A program made the translations under genes and the position numbers. The notes beneath the pieces were generated by a model. That model made no database searches and was not told the DNA's origin. It worked only from the letters and a program-made list of their open reading frames with translations. Positions 38,904-50,000 of a stretch of 64,000 nucleotides of DNA are shown piece by piece. This DNA comes from an uncultured Candidatus Poseidoniales archaeon (GTDB lineage: Archaea > Thermoplasmatota > Poseidoniia > Poseidoniales > Thalassarchaeaceae), in the NCBI GenBank assembly GCA_902573085.1, contig CACGHY010000002.1, forward strand, positions 4,925-68,924, given 5' to 3'. Positions within the stretch are counted from its first letter, which is position 1. Each line of letters opens with the position of its first letter.

Positions 38904-41900
38904 TTCACCTCGTAATACAGGCTCTTGCTCGTGCCGATGGCCCGCCCTCGCTTGTTCCCGTCACGCACACCGATTTTGCCCATCCCATTAGTGTGTTTCG
39001 CCCCTATAATGAATCCTGTATTGCTCACGCTACGCACAAATACCTTGTGGACTGCAACCACATTGATGCCGCTTGACAATGACACTTCTGCTACATCGAC
39101 CACCTTACCCGCCGCATCGTCTAATGGACTGGCGTTACCTGATACTGCTTGTAGGTCGGACAGTATGCCCTCTATGCCCTTGTCATACTGTGCCACTATG
39201 AAATCGCTAGTGGATTGGATGTAGTTGTGAGTCGCTTCAAAGACCATGTATTCTCCACGGAGGCCATGCATGGGCAGGTCGATGTTGATTATCTCACCGG
39301 GCTGAACCATGGATGCTTTGATGGCTCCGCTAATTGTTATGAGAGGTGCGCTGTTCTCGGATCGTGACAGTATGGACTTGGCGAGTTTCAATGCCTCGCT
39401 GTTGGTCTTGAGTCCGGGTATCTCCTGTCTCAATGTCCTGACTAGGTTGCTACTTGCTCCCTTGCTTGCCTCCTTCTTCATCCTCTCTAAGTCCTTTACG
39501 ACGACAAAGACCCTTTCGTTCTGGGCTAGTTGGTCGCCCACAATCACTATCTCATTTGGAGAGTCAAACATCTTGCTCGCAGTTACACTACGGATTGCAC
39601 TACCCATACCGAAGGTCATGCCCTTGTTATTGAATACGTTCGATGAGTAAACCATGGCTCCGTTCTTCTCATTGATTAGTTGCTTGCCATCTATCTGACT
39701 CAGATTGCGTATGACCTCCATGACATTCAGGCCCTTCGTCTTGCGGGCGGTGAAGATAGCGGAGTGGTCGGACACGAGGCGGAGGGAGGGGTGGGCGTCG
39801 AGGGTGGATGAGATTTCCCTGTCCTTCCCTAGCAAGGCACTCGTCGGAGTCACGTTGAAGCCCGCTAGGTCTGAGCCGGAGTCATCGAGTAGCATCATCG
39901 CGGCGTCGCTAGTCCTGACGCCTATGTATCCCTGCTGTCCCATTAGGATTGGACCCTGTGACAGTCCGAAGTCTGTGAGGCTGTCAGCCTCTATGTTCCT
40001 GAACAGCAAGAAGGTGGATAACTCGTCCTTCTCCACACCGGCAATCCTCAGAGCCGTATTCTTTTGGTCGAACAGGTAGGGTGGGAAGTCGGTGTCGGTG
40101 ACTTCCTTGCCGTCAAATCTGATTGCGGTGATGGAGGGGGATGATGTCGATACGAGAGCCGAGGTCTTGCCGTTGTCTATGATTAGTGGCCTCTGGTTAA
40201 TCATCATGAAGTCCGTCGGGTCATACTCCAACAGGCCTCTATAACCGAGAGTGGTCTGCTTGACCGCATCATTGGTGACATCGTACCTGTGCCATGTCGC
40301 GGACACCTGCTTGGCTAGGGTGATTGCATTGTCGATGTATGTCGGAGACACCAGATGAGGCGTGGTGAGCGATCTTATGTCGGAGATGGCAGATGGGCTA
40401 GTCACCGTCGTGTATCTGAGTATCTGTCCCGTCAAGTCCGATACCCCGGTGCTGTTGGTTATCCCTGTGAGTTTGTTCTTGCTCTTGCCTGTGTATGTCA
40501 CCTTGCCCTTGCCCACTATGAACAGAGTGCCAGAGGCGGGCAACAGGGATGCGTCCTCAAGGAACACGTTATTGTTGGAACCCGCGTGTTTCGTGACTTT
40601 GAACTGTGGATAAAGTCTCATGGTCGAGTCCATGTGGGTGTGCGTCACCGCATCTGGTGTAGTCTGCTTCACGAAGTCACCGCTAATGCCTGTCCCCTCT
40701 GCTCTGTACCTTGTCTCTGACTGGTGCAGGGACTCGCCTCCACCCGGATGCGTAGTCTGTGAGTATCGTGCTTCTATCTCTGGGTTGAACTCTCCATCGA
40801 CAGTCTTGCGAACAGCATCCGATTTGAAGAATTGAAGCATGGATGCACTAGGTAGCAGGTGGAACACCGCATCGTGTTCATTGGCATCGGGATATGTGAT
40901 TTGGAATATTCCCTCGGCGGTCGATATGAATTTCAAGTCACCTAGATTCCTCTCCATGTTTGCCTCAAAGACACCATACCTGTTGTCTCTGGTGAATGCC
41001 TGATGCTCAAGGTCAGCATCTCCGTATGATGATCTAGCACCCATCAACCAACCGTCTTGCTGTATGTCAGAAGCAAAGCCGAAGAGTTTCAATGGGCGAA
41101 CGGGTCTTACGAAGTAGTCAATGGACTTCCTTCTCTGGTTAGATGTGGTGGCGTTTCCATCCGTGCCAAACACGTCCGTGGTCAATGTTCCTTCCTCTGT
41201 CCTGTTGAGATACGTCTTCCTCAGAATGTACGTCCCACCCCATGGTGGCAAATCAGCAGAGCCACGGACAGCCCAATAGTCCATGCCATGAGTCTTGGAT
41301 GCAATTAGCAAATCAGGATTAGTGGGTAACGATACAGTCGCTACCACGACAGCACTCGATCCTCCTTCATTGACAACGATGGTCGGCGTGGTTGTGTAGC
41401 CTGAACCTCCCGCGCCTATGCTCACCGATACCAACGGCCCTGTCGAACCCAATACTGCTGTTGCCGTCTGTGCAGTACCTCCTCCCTTCAAGTGAGTCGT
41501 AGGCAGGGTTATCGCAGGGGCAGAAGTGTATCCGCTTCCTCCGTTGTTACCAATCGTCACGGCTGTTATAGTGCCTGTCTGAGTATGCCCACCTGCCAAT
41601 GAAGCCGTCAGCGATTCTCCTGTCCCTCCCGGAGCAGAGACAGATGGCGCAGAGGTGTATCCATCCCCTTGATTATTGACCGTGACTGATACTATCGTGC
41701 CGTTGGTTGTTGCCGCGCTTATGTCTGCTACTACGTTTCCTGCATTGTTAAAGGAAATAGTGTTTCCACCGGCATATGCCGATTGTCCGTTCAAGAACAA
41801 CTGAACTGTTTTTGTCCCTCCTGATGTGAATCCTGCACCGGCATTGGTTATGTTGTAGGCGTTGCCTCCCGCACGAACGTAATATTTGCTACCGACTTTT

Positions 41901-44900
41901 TCATAACCTATCCTGACAGTCGCAGGTGTCTGTGCGGCAGGACTTGTCTGATTGATTGTCATAGTAAGAGTGCTTGCGGGTATTGTCACCGCGCCACCCA
42001 ATACCGCCACCGCGCTTTGGGGGTTGGGATTCAAATCGAAAACGGTACTACCACTTGTAAAGGTGAAAGCACGACCATGACTAGACTCTGATATTGTAAA
42101 GGTGTGAGTACCTACGCTACCGGATGTATTCTTTCCAGAGTAAGTGATGAAAGCAGTTGCAATACCATCTTGCAAATACAATGTTCCCGATGAAGGCCAT
42201 GCCGAGATGTCTTCATTGACGGCTAAGGTTGAGCCGAATGAGTAATCTGAACGGAGCGGAGCGTTAGATGTGGGAGTATGATCTCCATCCAAAGTCAGAG
42301 TGTTCACGTTCGTGCCTGATATGTCTATCTCATGCTCTTGACTACTTGGATTGGAGATTGACACACCGAATCCAATAGTTGCGGTAGCGGTGGCTTGGAC
42401 TTGATTGTGGCTCGCGTTCGGTGAGTCTATTGTTAGACTGACCGTGCTTGAGTTGAAACCCGATCCTCCGTTGCCAATCGAGATGGTGTTGCTAATTGGT
42501 CTGCCATCGTTGGTAATCGTGTATGTAGCAGTCGCGTTACCCGCAATCGTGCATGAGTGCGTCCCCACTCCGCTCACTAGGTATTGACCATTGGAGCCTG
42601 ATACGGTAGCACTAGCGACGTTGGTGCTAGTGGTGTATGTCCCTGAGAATCCTGTCCCGCCACCCCCACCTGTGAACCCTAGTGTGCCACTTGGGAATTG
42701 ATAGCCAGAACCTGCGTTGCTTATCGAGAGTGAAGTTACCGCCGCACCACCATCGCCCTTGTCATCCTTGGTATCTGGACTCCATGTGGGTAGTGAGTAT
42801 GGATTTGAGATGGTTTGACTCGTAGGGCTTCCGGGGTTTATGGTCATGTTATGCGTACCAAACTTGGAGTTTGAGACAAAGGATGGCAAGACAGGGAAGT
42901 GCTGACCGACAATCAAATCGCTATGCAGAGAAGCGGCTTTCGTTGATGTTATCACATACTCGATATTCTTGTTGTTCTGCCTCTCGTTCTCAGTCTGTAT
43001 GACGAATCCTAGACGTGGTTCGGTTCTGGATTGCACTTGTCTATGATCGCTTATCTCGGACAACGGGATGCCTAGTATGTTGTTTATTGTCGAGTTGGTG
43101 TGAGTCCCTATTCCCCATCCAGTCGTGGGGTAGTGGATGTTTGCTGTGCTTGAGTGGTCGATGGCAGAGGCGTTGGTGTGTAGCGCATTCCCCTTGAGAT
43201 GATGGAAGCCACCTGACACTCCGAACTGCGTGGAACTAACCGCAGACTCGGAATCACCTTGGGAGTATGAGTTTGAGCCTGTGTATTGAACTAAGTCGAT
43301 GAAAGGGTCTGAGCCTTTATTCATCGGTATTGCCTTCAAAGGCTCATTTGCTCCCTTGTCCGGGTCGGTCTTGGGTTCCCACATCCCGGCAGGTAACGCT
43401 GTCGGTTTCACAAGACCCGCAGACTCGACCCCTAGCGTCAGCCCTATCCCTATTGGTTGCTCTGAGGTGAGTGGCTTGGTGTTGCTTCTCCTTATCACGC
43501 TTGAGAATGGGGTTGATTCTGCTGTGTGTGCAGTCGTAATCAGTCCTATTGGCAGACTTCTCTCGACCCCGTTGTAGTTCGTGGGGAATCTCCAAGATGA
43601 ACCGTAGGTAGTTGCATCGGGTATCTTGTTTACCGAGTCGTGAACTCCTCCATCGAATCTAGCACTACCGAAGACGGGTTGCAGGTTGGTATCTGCCTCA
43701 GTAGGATCTCCTGATAGCATATTCAGAGCATCAGAACTTGTTCGGAAACCCCACGCTCTGACAGGTAGTCTTCTGCTGAAATCATATGCGACCATATTGT
43801 CCACGACAATCTCATATTCTGTGAACGATACACTATCTGAATCAGTATCATATGATATGGTTGCAGATAGTTTCTCTGGTTGTATGCCATCCCCTATCCC
43901 CTCACCCCGACTATATCTTATGCGATCATATTCTTTGGTGAGTCTCAGAGTACCTTGTGCTTCCCTATGTGTGGTGTGTCCCATATATACTGCGTTAGCA
44001 GAGCGCATACCATCCACATTCTTCTGTCCCGATGCGTTCAATGCATTGTATCCGAAGTTCTGCAACCATTGTGTGATGTATAGTCTCTCAAACGGCAGAG
44101 CGTTCTCTGCTTGTGCAGTAGTGGTGGGGTTGGAGTGGTTCCGTAGGTACAGGCTTCTTGTGGGTGGGTAGTTTAGGGAACGAGGCGTCCCTGCCTCCCT
44201 GTATCTGAACGTCAAATAGTGTTCACGACTGGTTCCGAAGAGGGCCGGATGGCTGTATTCAGCAAGCCAATGACATAGGAATGCATCAGGGACGCACCCG
44301 GTCCCGGTGTTGTCCTTGTCGAGTAGTGCAAAATCACCAAAATCTGTGTTTATACCGGCGTTATCGTTGGCAGGGTTAGCCGTTCGTGCCGCCATGTTGA
44401 GATATTCTGGGTCGTGACAGAGCAGGGGAGGGACAGTTCCTAGTTCAGTACCAGAACGTGGTACTAAGACGCCTTCTTCCAATCCCAATGAGAAATAATC
44501 ACTCGATCCTGTGTCGATTACAGGGGCAATTGGGCGTCCTGCGGAGAGTGTGTAGTCATCAATCAAAAACCCGTTCAGTATAATTTCACTAGACGTGTTA
44601 TAGCGACTTCCACCAGTCAAAGCGTTGGCAAAAGTGAGCCTAGTTGGACCCGAAGTTGTGGCATCTTTGCTCGGTGCGGCCCTTCTGACGAGGTGTCCTG
44701 CACCGTCTGTCTCAGTCTGCTCCTGTCCCGGTGCTACGAGATAGTCCAAATCCGTTCTGGGAGTGACTCCTGAGTGAGCGGATTGCTTGATGTCTGGCAA
44801 TCTGAAACCATCTAGTTCGGCTAGTGGGAGTCCATCAGATGCAGAGGAGCCTGTTGCTCTGTACCCTGACTCCACCTTCGTGTCCAGAGAGTCCAACTCA

Positions 44901-47053
44901 AAGACCGTGGAGGAGTTTGATGACTTAGCAGAGCCAAAGCCGTGGTGCTTGTGTTCTGTCTCTGCTTCAAACAGTAAAGAATACGAGGAGCCATGGCTTC
45001 TGTGAAGTTGTCTCCTCATGGCGTTGGGTGTGCCTCTATGGGTCATTGGGGTGACAAACGAGTGGCCCTGCCTTGCAAAGCGTATCCTGTGGTGGGGGTG
45101 GGCGTATCCGGTGTAGGTGGTGAACGACCCGCTAACGCTTGTCTGGTTGGTCTGCGTTAGTAGGGAGCCACGCTCTGCGTGATCGGTTATCCTGTGCGCC
45201 GCGAATAAGCGTGTTGTGCCGCTTGGAACGGCTCCGGGAGTAGTGTGGGAGGTGAGGCCCTGTTTCGTCGTTAAATCGGGATGCAGGAGCCTCTGTATGT
45301 GGAAGATTAGCATACGGTCGTGGGTGTCGAATTGAGAAACACCACCAGAAGCCTCCGCCACGCCCGGTTTACGGGGGTCTGGGGCCGTCAGCCCCCCCAA
45401 CCCCCAAGTGAGGTTAGAGAAGGCCTGTACGCGGTCGTGTGCGCTTCTCACGAATATCTCTCCGGGTATCTCTGATGCATCAGGGAGTTGAATCTGCAAG
45501 TTCGGAGTCAGTTTACCGTCCGTGGTCGAAGGCCCGGTAATCTCCTCGCCAGTCACCGGATCTGTCCTAGTATTCTGCACGGAGTAGTCCTTGATGACCA
45601 CTCCAAGGGGAGAACCACCCGTCAGGGTAAGCCTGTTACCTGCGTCATCGACAGTCTCAATATCCTCAAACACTTTCTCCTCGTTACTAATTTGCAGACC
45701 TGTGACTCTCGCGGTGTTGATTGTCTTCGATGAGAATATGGGACGTGGCACATTCTTGGAACCATCACCATCTATTCCCTTCGCCTCAAATGATGTCCCA
45801 TATGTTATGTTAGTGAGATTATCACGACTTGAAGAGAGCATATTATTGGAATCGTTTGTAGCCGTCGCCCTATATCCTGACTTCAAGTGGAACATATCTC
45901 CTGACGCGGCAGGGAAGTCTGTCCCATATTCCATCTCTGCTAGTTTGATATTGTTCGATCCGGTGGTATCTGTCTCCACCTTTGTCACATGGTACAGAGA
46001 TGGTTCTGTGACGGTGTAGTCTGGAGGAGGGATGTCTGGTAGGTTGCAAGAGTTTAGCCCCTCTATGCTGAATCTAACGTATCCGTGTGCTGTTGAGTGC
46101 GAAGAGGCCGTTGAACCGCGAGACTCGTGGTTGGTGGCAGGGATGCCCATGTTGCCGCCATCCATCGGTTTTGCTGTCAGATACCATGTTGGGATGCCCT
46201 GACCCAGACCTTGGATGATTGGCCCCGCGTTAGCCGCCGCCCAATACCCTCCTGCTGAGTTGGGCGTGGTGTTCTCCCAAGTCAGAACCATCGTGTGCTT
46301 GGCGGGTTCTCCGGGTATCGAGACTGTCGCTCCAGAGATTGTCTCAGGGTAGGAGCCTCCTACCTGCGTTATCTGTGCGGCTAGGTCAGTCACCGTAAAG
46401 TCAGCGTAAGACTTCTGGTCAAGGGGGCTTCCATTGTAGTTCCTGCCACCTCTCCTGAATGCGGATACTGCGGTGTAAGCGACAGACAGGTTGGTGTGAT
46501 TGCTATCTGTGTAGGTCAGGGTTCCGCTTTGGGGTATATCCGAGGGGAATCCGTTTCGGAATGCACCATCCAACTCCACACGCAACGTAGTCGCATTGAA
46601 TGCCAGTTCCGCAGATCCTGAGTGAGATGGCTTGCCGGACATCCTGACATACCTAGCCCGCAGGTATCTGGTCTGGCTATGCTCCCCTACTTGCTTGACT
46701 CGACGACTGTTTATCTTGGCCGCAATGAGCCTAGTGGCTTCCTCCGTTCCCAAATCGTAGGTCTTGCTGTTGGTGTCATCCGTAGCGGCTTGCTTCAAGT
46801 CCACAACAATCACGTTGTTGGCCTCTGAGGGGGCGGAGGCGGTGGCGATGGGGGTGCGGACGATGACAGTCAGTCCCTGCCCCCATGTGTTACTGTTCGT
46901 GCCGTATTGCCAATCAGTCACGTCATCGTCATACTCCGTATCGGGGTAGGTAATGTGCATGGCAAAGAAGCCGCTTGCGGGATAGCCACTAGCCGACCCC
47001 ATGGGGACTACCTTGGCAGGATAGAGTTGCTTCTGGTTTACCGCCATCACCAC
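38900..47053 (-). CDS. Giant tail-associated fibre/adhesin-like protein (2717 aa)
   Basis: Uninterrupted 8.15 kb ORF that overlaps the upstream giant gene by 7 nt. Thr/Ser/Gly/Asn-rich. Contains six copies of an h-[TS]-I-x-N-x-G-x-G-[YF] motif (nt 41390-42740). Confidence 0.75.
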   Translation of the reverse strand: MVMAVNQKQLYPAKVVPMGSASGYPASGFFAMHITYPDTEYDDDVTDWQYGTNSNTWGQGLTVIVRTPIATASAPSEANNVIVVDLKQAATDDTNSKTYDLGTEEATRLIAAKINSRRVKQVGEHSQTRYLRARYVRMSGKPSHSGSAELAFNATTLRVELDGAFRNGFPSDIPQSGTLTYTDSNHTNLSVAYTAVSAFRRGGRNYNGSPLDQKSYADFTVTDLAAQITQVGGSYPETISGATVSIPGEPAKHTMVLTWENTTPNSAGGYWAAANAGPIIQGLGQGIPTWYLTAKPMDGGNMGIPATNHESRGSTASSHSTAHGYVRFSIEGLNSCNLPDIPPPDYTVTEPSLYHVTKVETDTTGSNNIKLAEMEYGTDFPAASGDMFHLKSGYRATATNDSNNMLSSSRDNLTNITYGTSFEAKGIDGDGSKNVPRPIFSSKTINTARVTGLQISNEEKVFEDIETVDDAGNRLTLTGGSPLGVVIKDYSVQNTRTDPVTGEEITGPSTTDGKLTPNLQIQLPDASEIPGEIFVRSAHDRVQAFSNLTWGLGGLTAPDPRKPGVAEASGGVSQFDTHDRMLIFHIQRLLHPDLTTKQGLTSHTTPGAVPSGTTRLFAAHRITDHAERGSLLTQTNQTSVSGSFTTYTGYAHPHHRIRFARQGHSFVTPMTHRGTPNAMRRQLHRSHGSSYSLLFEAETEHKHHGFGSAKSSNSSTVFELDSLDTKVESGYRATGSSASDGLPLAELDGFRLPDIKQSAHSGVTPRTDLDYLVAPGQEQTETDGAGHLVRRAAPSKDATTSGPTRLTFANALTGGSRYNTSSEIILNGFLIDDYTLSAGRPIAPVIDTGSSDYFSLGLEEGVLVPRSGTELGTVPPLLCHDPEYLNMAARTANPANDNAGINTDFGDFALLDKDNTGTGCVPDAFLCHWLAEYSHPALFGTSREHYLTFRYREAGTPRSLNYPPTRSLYLRNHSNPTTTAQAENALPFERLYITQWLQNFGYNALNASGQKNVDGMRSANAVYMGHTTHREAQGTLRLTKEYDRIRYSRGEGIGDGIQPEKLSATISYDTDSDSVSFTEYEIVVDNMVAYDFSRRLPVRAWGFRTSSDALNMLSGDPTEADTNLQPVFGSARFDGGVHDSVNKIPDATTYGSSWRFPTNYNGVERSLPIGLITTAHTAESTPFSSVIRRSNTKPLTSEQPIGIGLTLGVESAGLVKPTALPAGMWEPKTDPDKGANEPLKAIPMNKGSDPFIDLVQYTGSNSYSQGDSESAVSSTQFGVSGGFHHLKGNALHTNASAIDHSSTANIHYPTTGWGIGTHTNSTINNILGIPLSEISDHRQVQSRTEPRLGFVIQTENERQNNKNIEYVITSTKAASLHSDLIVGQHFPVLPSFVSNSKFGTHNMTINPGSPTSQTISNPYSLPTWSPDTKDDKGDGGAAVTSLSISNAGSGYQFPSGTLGFTGGGGGTGFSGTYTTSTNVASATVSGSNGQYLVSGVGTHSCTIAGNATATYTITNDGRPISNTISIGNGGSGFNSSTVSLTIDSPNASHNQVQATATATIGFGVSISNPSSQEHEIDISGTNVNTLTLDGDHTPTSNAPLRSDYSFGSTLAVNEDISAWPSSGTLYLQDGIATAFITYSGKNTSGSVGTHTFTISESSHGRAFTFTSGSTVFDLNPNPQSAVAVLGGAVTIPASTLTMTINQTSPAAQTPATVRIGYEKVGSKYYVRAGGNAYNITNAGAGFTSGGTKTVQLFLNGQSAYAGGNTISFNNAGNVVADISAATTNGTIVSVTVNNQGDGYTSAPSVSAPGGTGESLTASLAGGHTQTGTITAVTIGNNGGSGYTSAPAITLPTTHLKGGGTAQTATAVLGSTGPLVSVSIGAGGSGYTTTPTIVVNEGGSSAVVVATVSLPTNPDLLIASKTHGMDYWAVRGSADLPPWGGTYILRKTYLNRTEEGTLTTDVFGTDGNATTSNQRRKSIDYFVRPVRPLKLFGFASDIQQDGWLMGARSSYGDADLEHQAFTRDNRYGVFEANMERNLGDLKFISTAEGIFQITYPDANEHDAVFHLLPSASMLQFFKSDAVRKTVDGEFNPEIEARYSQTTHPGGGESLHQSETRYRAEGTGISGDFVKQTTPDAVTHTHMDSTMRLYPQFKVTKHAGSNNNVFLEDASLLPASGTLFIVGKGKVTYTGKSKNKLTGITNSTGVSDLTGQILRYTTVTSPSAISDIRSLTTPHLVSPTYIDNAITLAKQVSATWHRYDVTNDAVKQTTLGYRGLLEYDPTDFMMINQRPLIIDNGKTSALVSTSSPSITAIRFDGKEVTDTDFPPYLFDQKNTALRIAGVEKDELSTFLLFRNIEADSLTDFGLSQGPILMGQQGYIGVRTSDAAMMLLDDSGSDLAGFNVTPTSALLGKDREISSTLDAHPSLRLVSDHSAIFTARKTKGLNVMEVIRNLSQIDGKQLINEKNGAMVYSSNVFNNKGMTFGMGSAIRSVTASKMFDSPNEIVIVGDQLAQNERVFVVVKDLERMKKEASKGASSNLVRTLRQEIPGLKTNSEALKLAKSILSRSENSAPLITISGAIKASMVQPGEIINIDLPMHGLRGEYMVFEATHNYIQSTSDFIVAQYDKGIEGILSDLQAVSGNASPLDDAAGKVVDVAEVSLSSGINVVAVHKVFVRSVSNTGFIIGAKHTNGMGKIGVRDGNKRGRAIGTSKSLYYEVK
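41390..42740 (-). repeat. Six-fold repeat motif [LVI]-[ST]-I-[GS]-N-x-G-[SAD]-G-[YF]-[TQN]-[ST]-x-P inside the 2717-aa protein
   Basis: LSISNAGSGYQFPSG, TISIGNGGSGFNSST, YNITNAGAGFTSGG, VTVNNQGDGYTSAPSVS, VTIGNNGGSGYTSAPAIT and VSIGAGGSGYTTTPTIV. The last three are spaced about 42 aa apart (nt about 41400, 41530 and 41660). Confidence 0.7.
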
Positions 47054-50000
47054 ACCCCCCTTGCCGCGTATATCTCCTCACACTCGCTCTGAGAAAGGGC
47101 ATAGTTGAAGACGCCTATCTCCGATAGCGCACCGTTCCAGAAATACACGTTCTCCGACGTGGCAAGTCCACCACCTGCGTATGACTCATAACTATCCAAT
47201 GTGCCACAGACTCCTGCATGGTTCCCCTGTGAAGAACTCGTGACATCGGTGTAGTGTATCGTAAAGAGGGCATCTGGATCGCCAGAGGAATGGACAGTCT
47301 CAAGATTCCTGATGGTCGAAACGCCAATGAAGCACATTCCTGTCTTTACGGTCCCTCCTAGAAATTGAGGGAAGGTGGCCGTATTGTTGTGATTAGCCGT
47401 GGTTGTTTCTAGGCTTCTAGCATTGCCCGTGCCAAATTGTCCCCCTCCCAAATTAATCATGCTAGTGGTGTCTTGAACAGAACTAGCGTTGTAATTGTAC
47501 CCTCTAAGACGCTCCGAGTTTCCCGCTCTCATTGTGATGGTAGTCCCACTCTTGGTCACTATGATGTTAGTCCATGCGTTATCGGTTATTTTGATTCCCC
47601 CATCGTTCACCTTATTCCTTGCAATCTTGTGATTCGATCCATCGTGGTATGCCATGGCGAATGAAATGGTCTGATGGGTATTGTCAATCCTACTGCCGAA
47701 TAGGTAAAGCCCCCAATTCCTGTTGTTCTTATCTCTGCCCGTAATTATAGGGCCAGAGCAAATCTCATTGTTATTGGCAAACGAAGTATCGCTCGGTTTG
47801 AACCACGCGCTGATTGACCAGTCCTGTGTTATGTCGAAGTCGGACATCGGCCCATACTCAAGGTTGGTCGTGGAACCAGTCCAATGGTGAGTCGCAATGC
47901 TTTGACCTCCTCTGAATTTGTATCCCTTCGATGTAGTATCGACGGAATACGCAGGGCCATTCAGGGAGGTCATCGTTGCGACATTGGTATTCCCTCTGGT
48001 AAATGTCATCTCAACGCCATCATTGACTGCCGATGCTCCAACGACACCACTAAGGGTTGCATCTGCCCCTCCTGTTGCTGATGTACCAGTAAATGTGAAT
48101 GCATCGTCATTGTGAACCACACTCCTTGCACCACTTAGGTTGCTACCACCACCGATTAGTATGTTAGTAATATCAGTTGAGCCGGTCATTGTGACATCCA
48201 TGCTCGATCCAGAGGAGTAGTTGCCATCGGGAGTCAATATTGCATAACCTCTAGTCAATCGGAGTTTTGAACCATACAATGCCTCAGTTATGATTGGACT
48301 CTGGTTGTACGTCCCATCTATGATAGTGCCATCATTCAACCTTGCATAGAGAAGGCATCTTTGCAGGGCGGTTCCATCCGTATTCAATCTGTGATGAACT
48401 CCTTGCAGAGTATTCTCATTGATTGTGTCGTTGTTGGTTATGTTCGTGAAATCCAATACTGCTGATGCCGTGCTGACCTCGTGGAGATTCTGGTATCCTG
48501 AGAATCCGGTCGGCCCCTTTGAGTAGTGATGCGGATAGTCATCGCTGTAATCGTTGGCTGTCCCGTCGCTGATGTCGAAGGTCACACCCGTGTGTCCTCC
48601 ACCGAAATAGACTATGCCCTCTGCGTCTGTTCTAGGGTAAAGAAGTTCGACTTCGATTCCGCCTATGGCCGCACCATCGCTGTCATAGAATGTCTCGATG
48701 AAGTCAGTCATGGTATCACGAGGGGTGATGTTGCGAATGAAGAAGCAGTTGGTCATGACATCCGTTGAAGTAGCGGTTTTTTGTTGGTCTATGCTTTCAA
48801 ACTCGGCAATGAGCGAACCTACTTTGAGTATTCCCTTACTCAGCGTTCCCGTTGCTCTTGTAACTCTCTTAAGGTAGTCCTCCACGTTTGTGCTTACTGC
48901 GAGATGTGTCATTGATGTATCATTATTGAACGCCGCAAGCGTAGGGTCAGTCATATTGTTTGTTACTGAGCCACCTGCGAGTGTCTGCCCTGCGGGCGAT
49001 GCAACGGTCGTGACTTTGAACGGACCACCAAGTCCGTTATACGATCGGAGAGCGTTTGTTGAGTCTAACGTCGAACCAGATGGTGCGCCTCTGAATGTCG
49101 ATATAGGAACGAAAGTCTCGCCATCAGCCCCTATTGGCATTGGAGCGGGTATGGTGTTTGGCTGATACAACCTACTGTTGCTTGCAAGAAGCCCCCCATA
49201 ACCAATCACTTGTGCGGGTTTGTAGGTGTAAGGTGTCTTGTTGCTCAGTCGGACATTGAAGTTCCGGCCCGATGCGCCCGGTACTGTGCTATGTATCACA
49301 ATTGACTTACCGGATTCACCATCCCTGCTCTCGGTATCTGTCCCGATGAAGGCTCTGACATATCCCATGTGTGTTCCCGTGTCTTTGTTACTTGCAATTA
49401 AAGGGAAGAGAGGGGGTGGATCGAAGGCACTACCCCCATTGGCATTCTTGGCTTGTGGGTGTCCTGCCATGTTGATTCTCCTAATGACCTCATCCACGCA
49501 GAGATTGAAGTCTCCTTTCGTGTTCGCAATATCGTTGAAATCAATCTCAAGGGGCCGAATGTATTCAAGTGCCGAAGAGTCGGACTTCTTACCTTTGAGA
49601 GACAGGTAACTGGTTTGACATACGACGGGATGAAGCGATTGCCTGTCATTTGCAGACTCGTTGTCCTCGTTCGGATCCCACTCAAACGCCTCCATGTTTG
49701 GCCCATCGAGTATCAAGTATCGAGCAGAGTTGTTGGGGTCAGCATGAACCGCATTTGCGTTCAGACCTATCACGGTCTTTACTGCGGTGGCAATCTCTGC
49801 GGCTAACAGGTTGGGCGTGTTGGCTGTGAAATTAGATATGGCTTCAATGGAGATAATGTAGTCATGTGAGGGGTTAGGGACAGAAGTAGCACCATCTAGG
49901 ATAATGTACCCTCCTAGAGTTACGGTCATTCCTGCGTCTATGTTACCGAGATTACTGCTTTCGTTGTTAGTAGTGTTCAGGGGGTTCCACGTCTGAGATG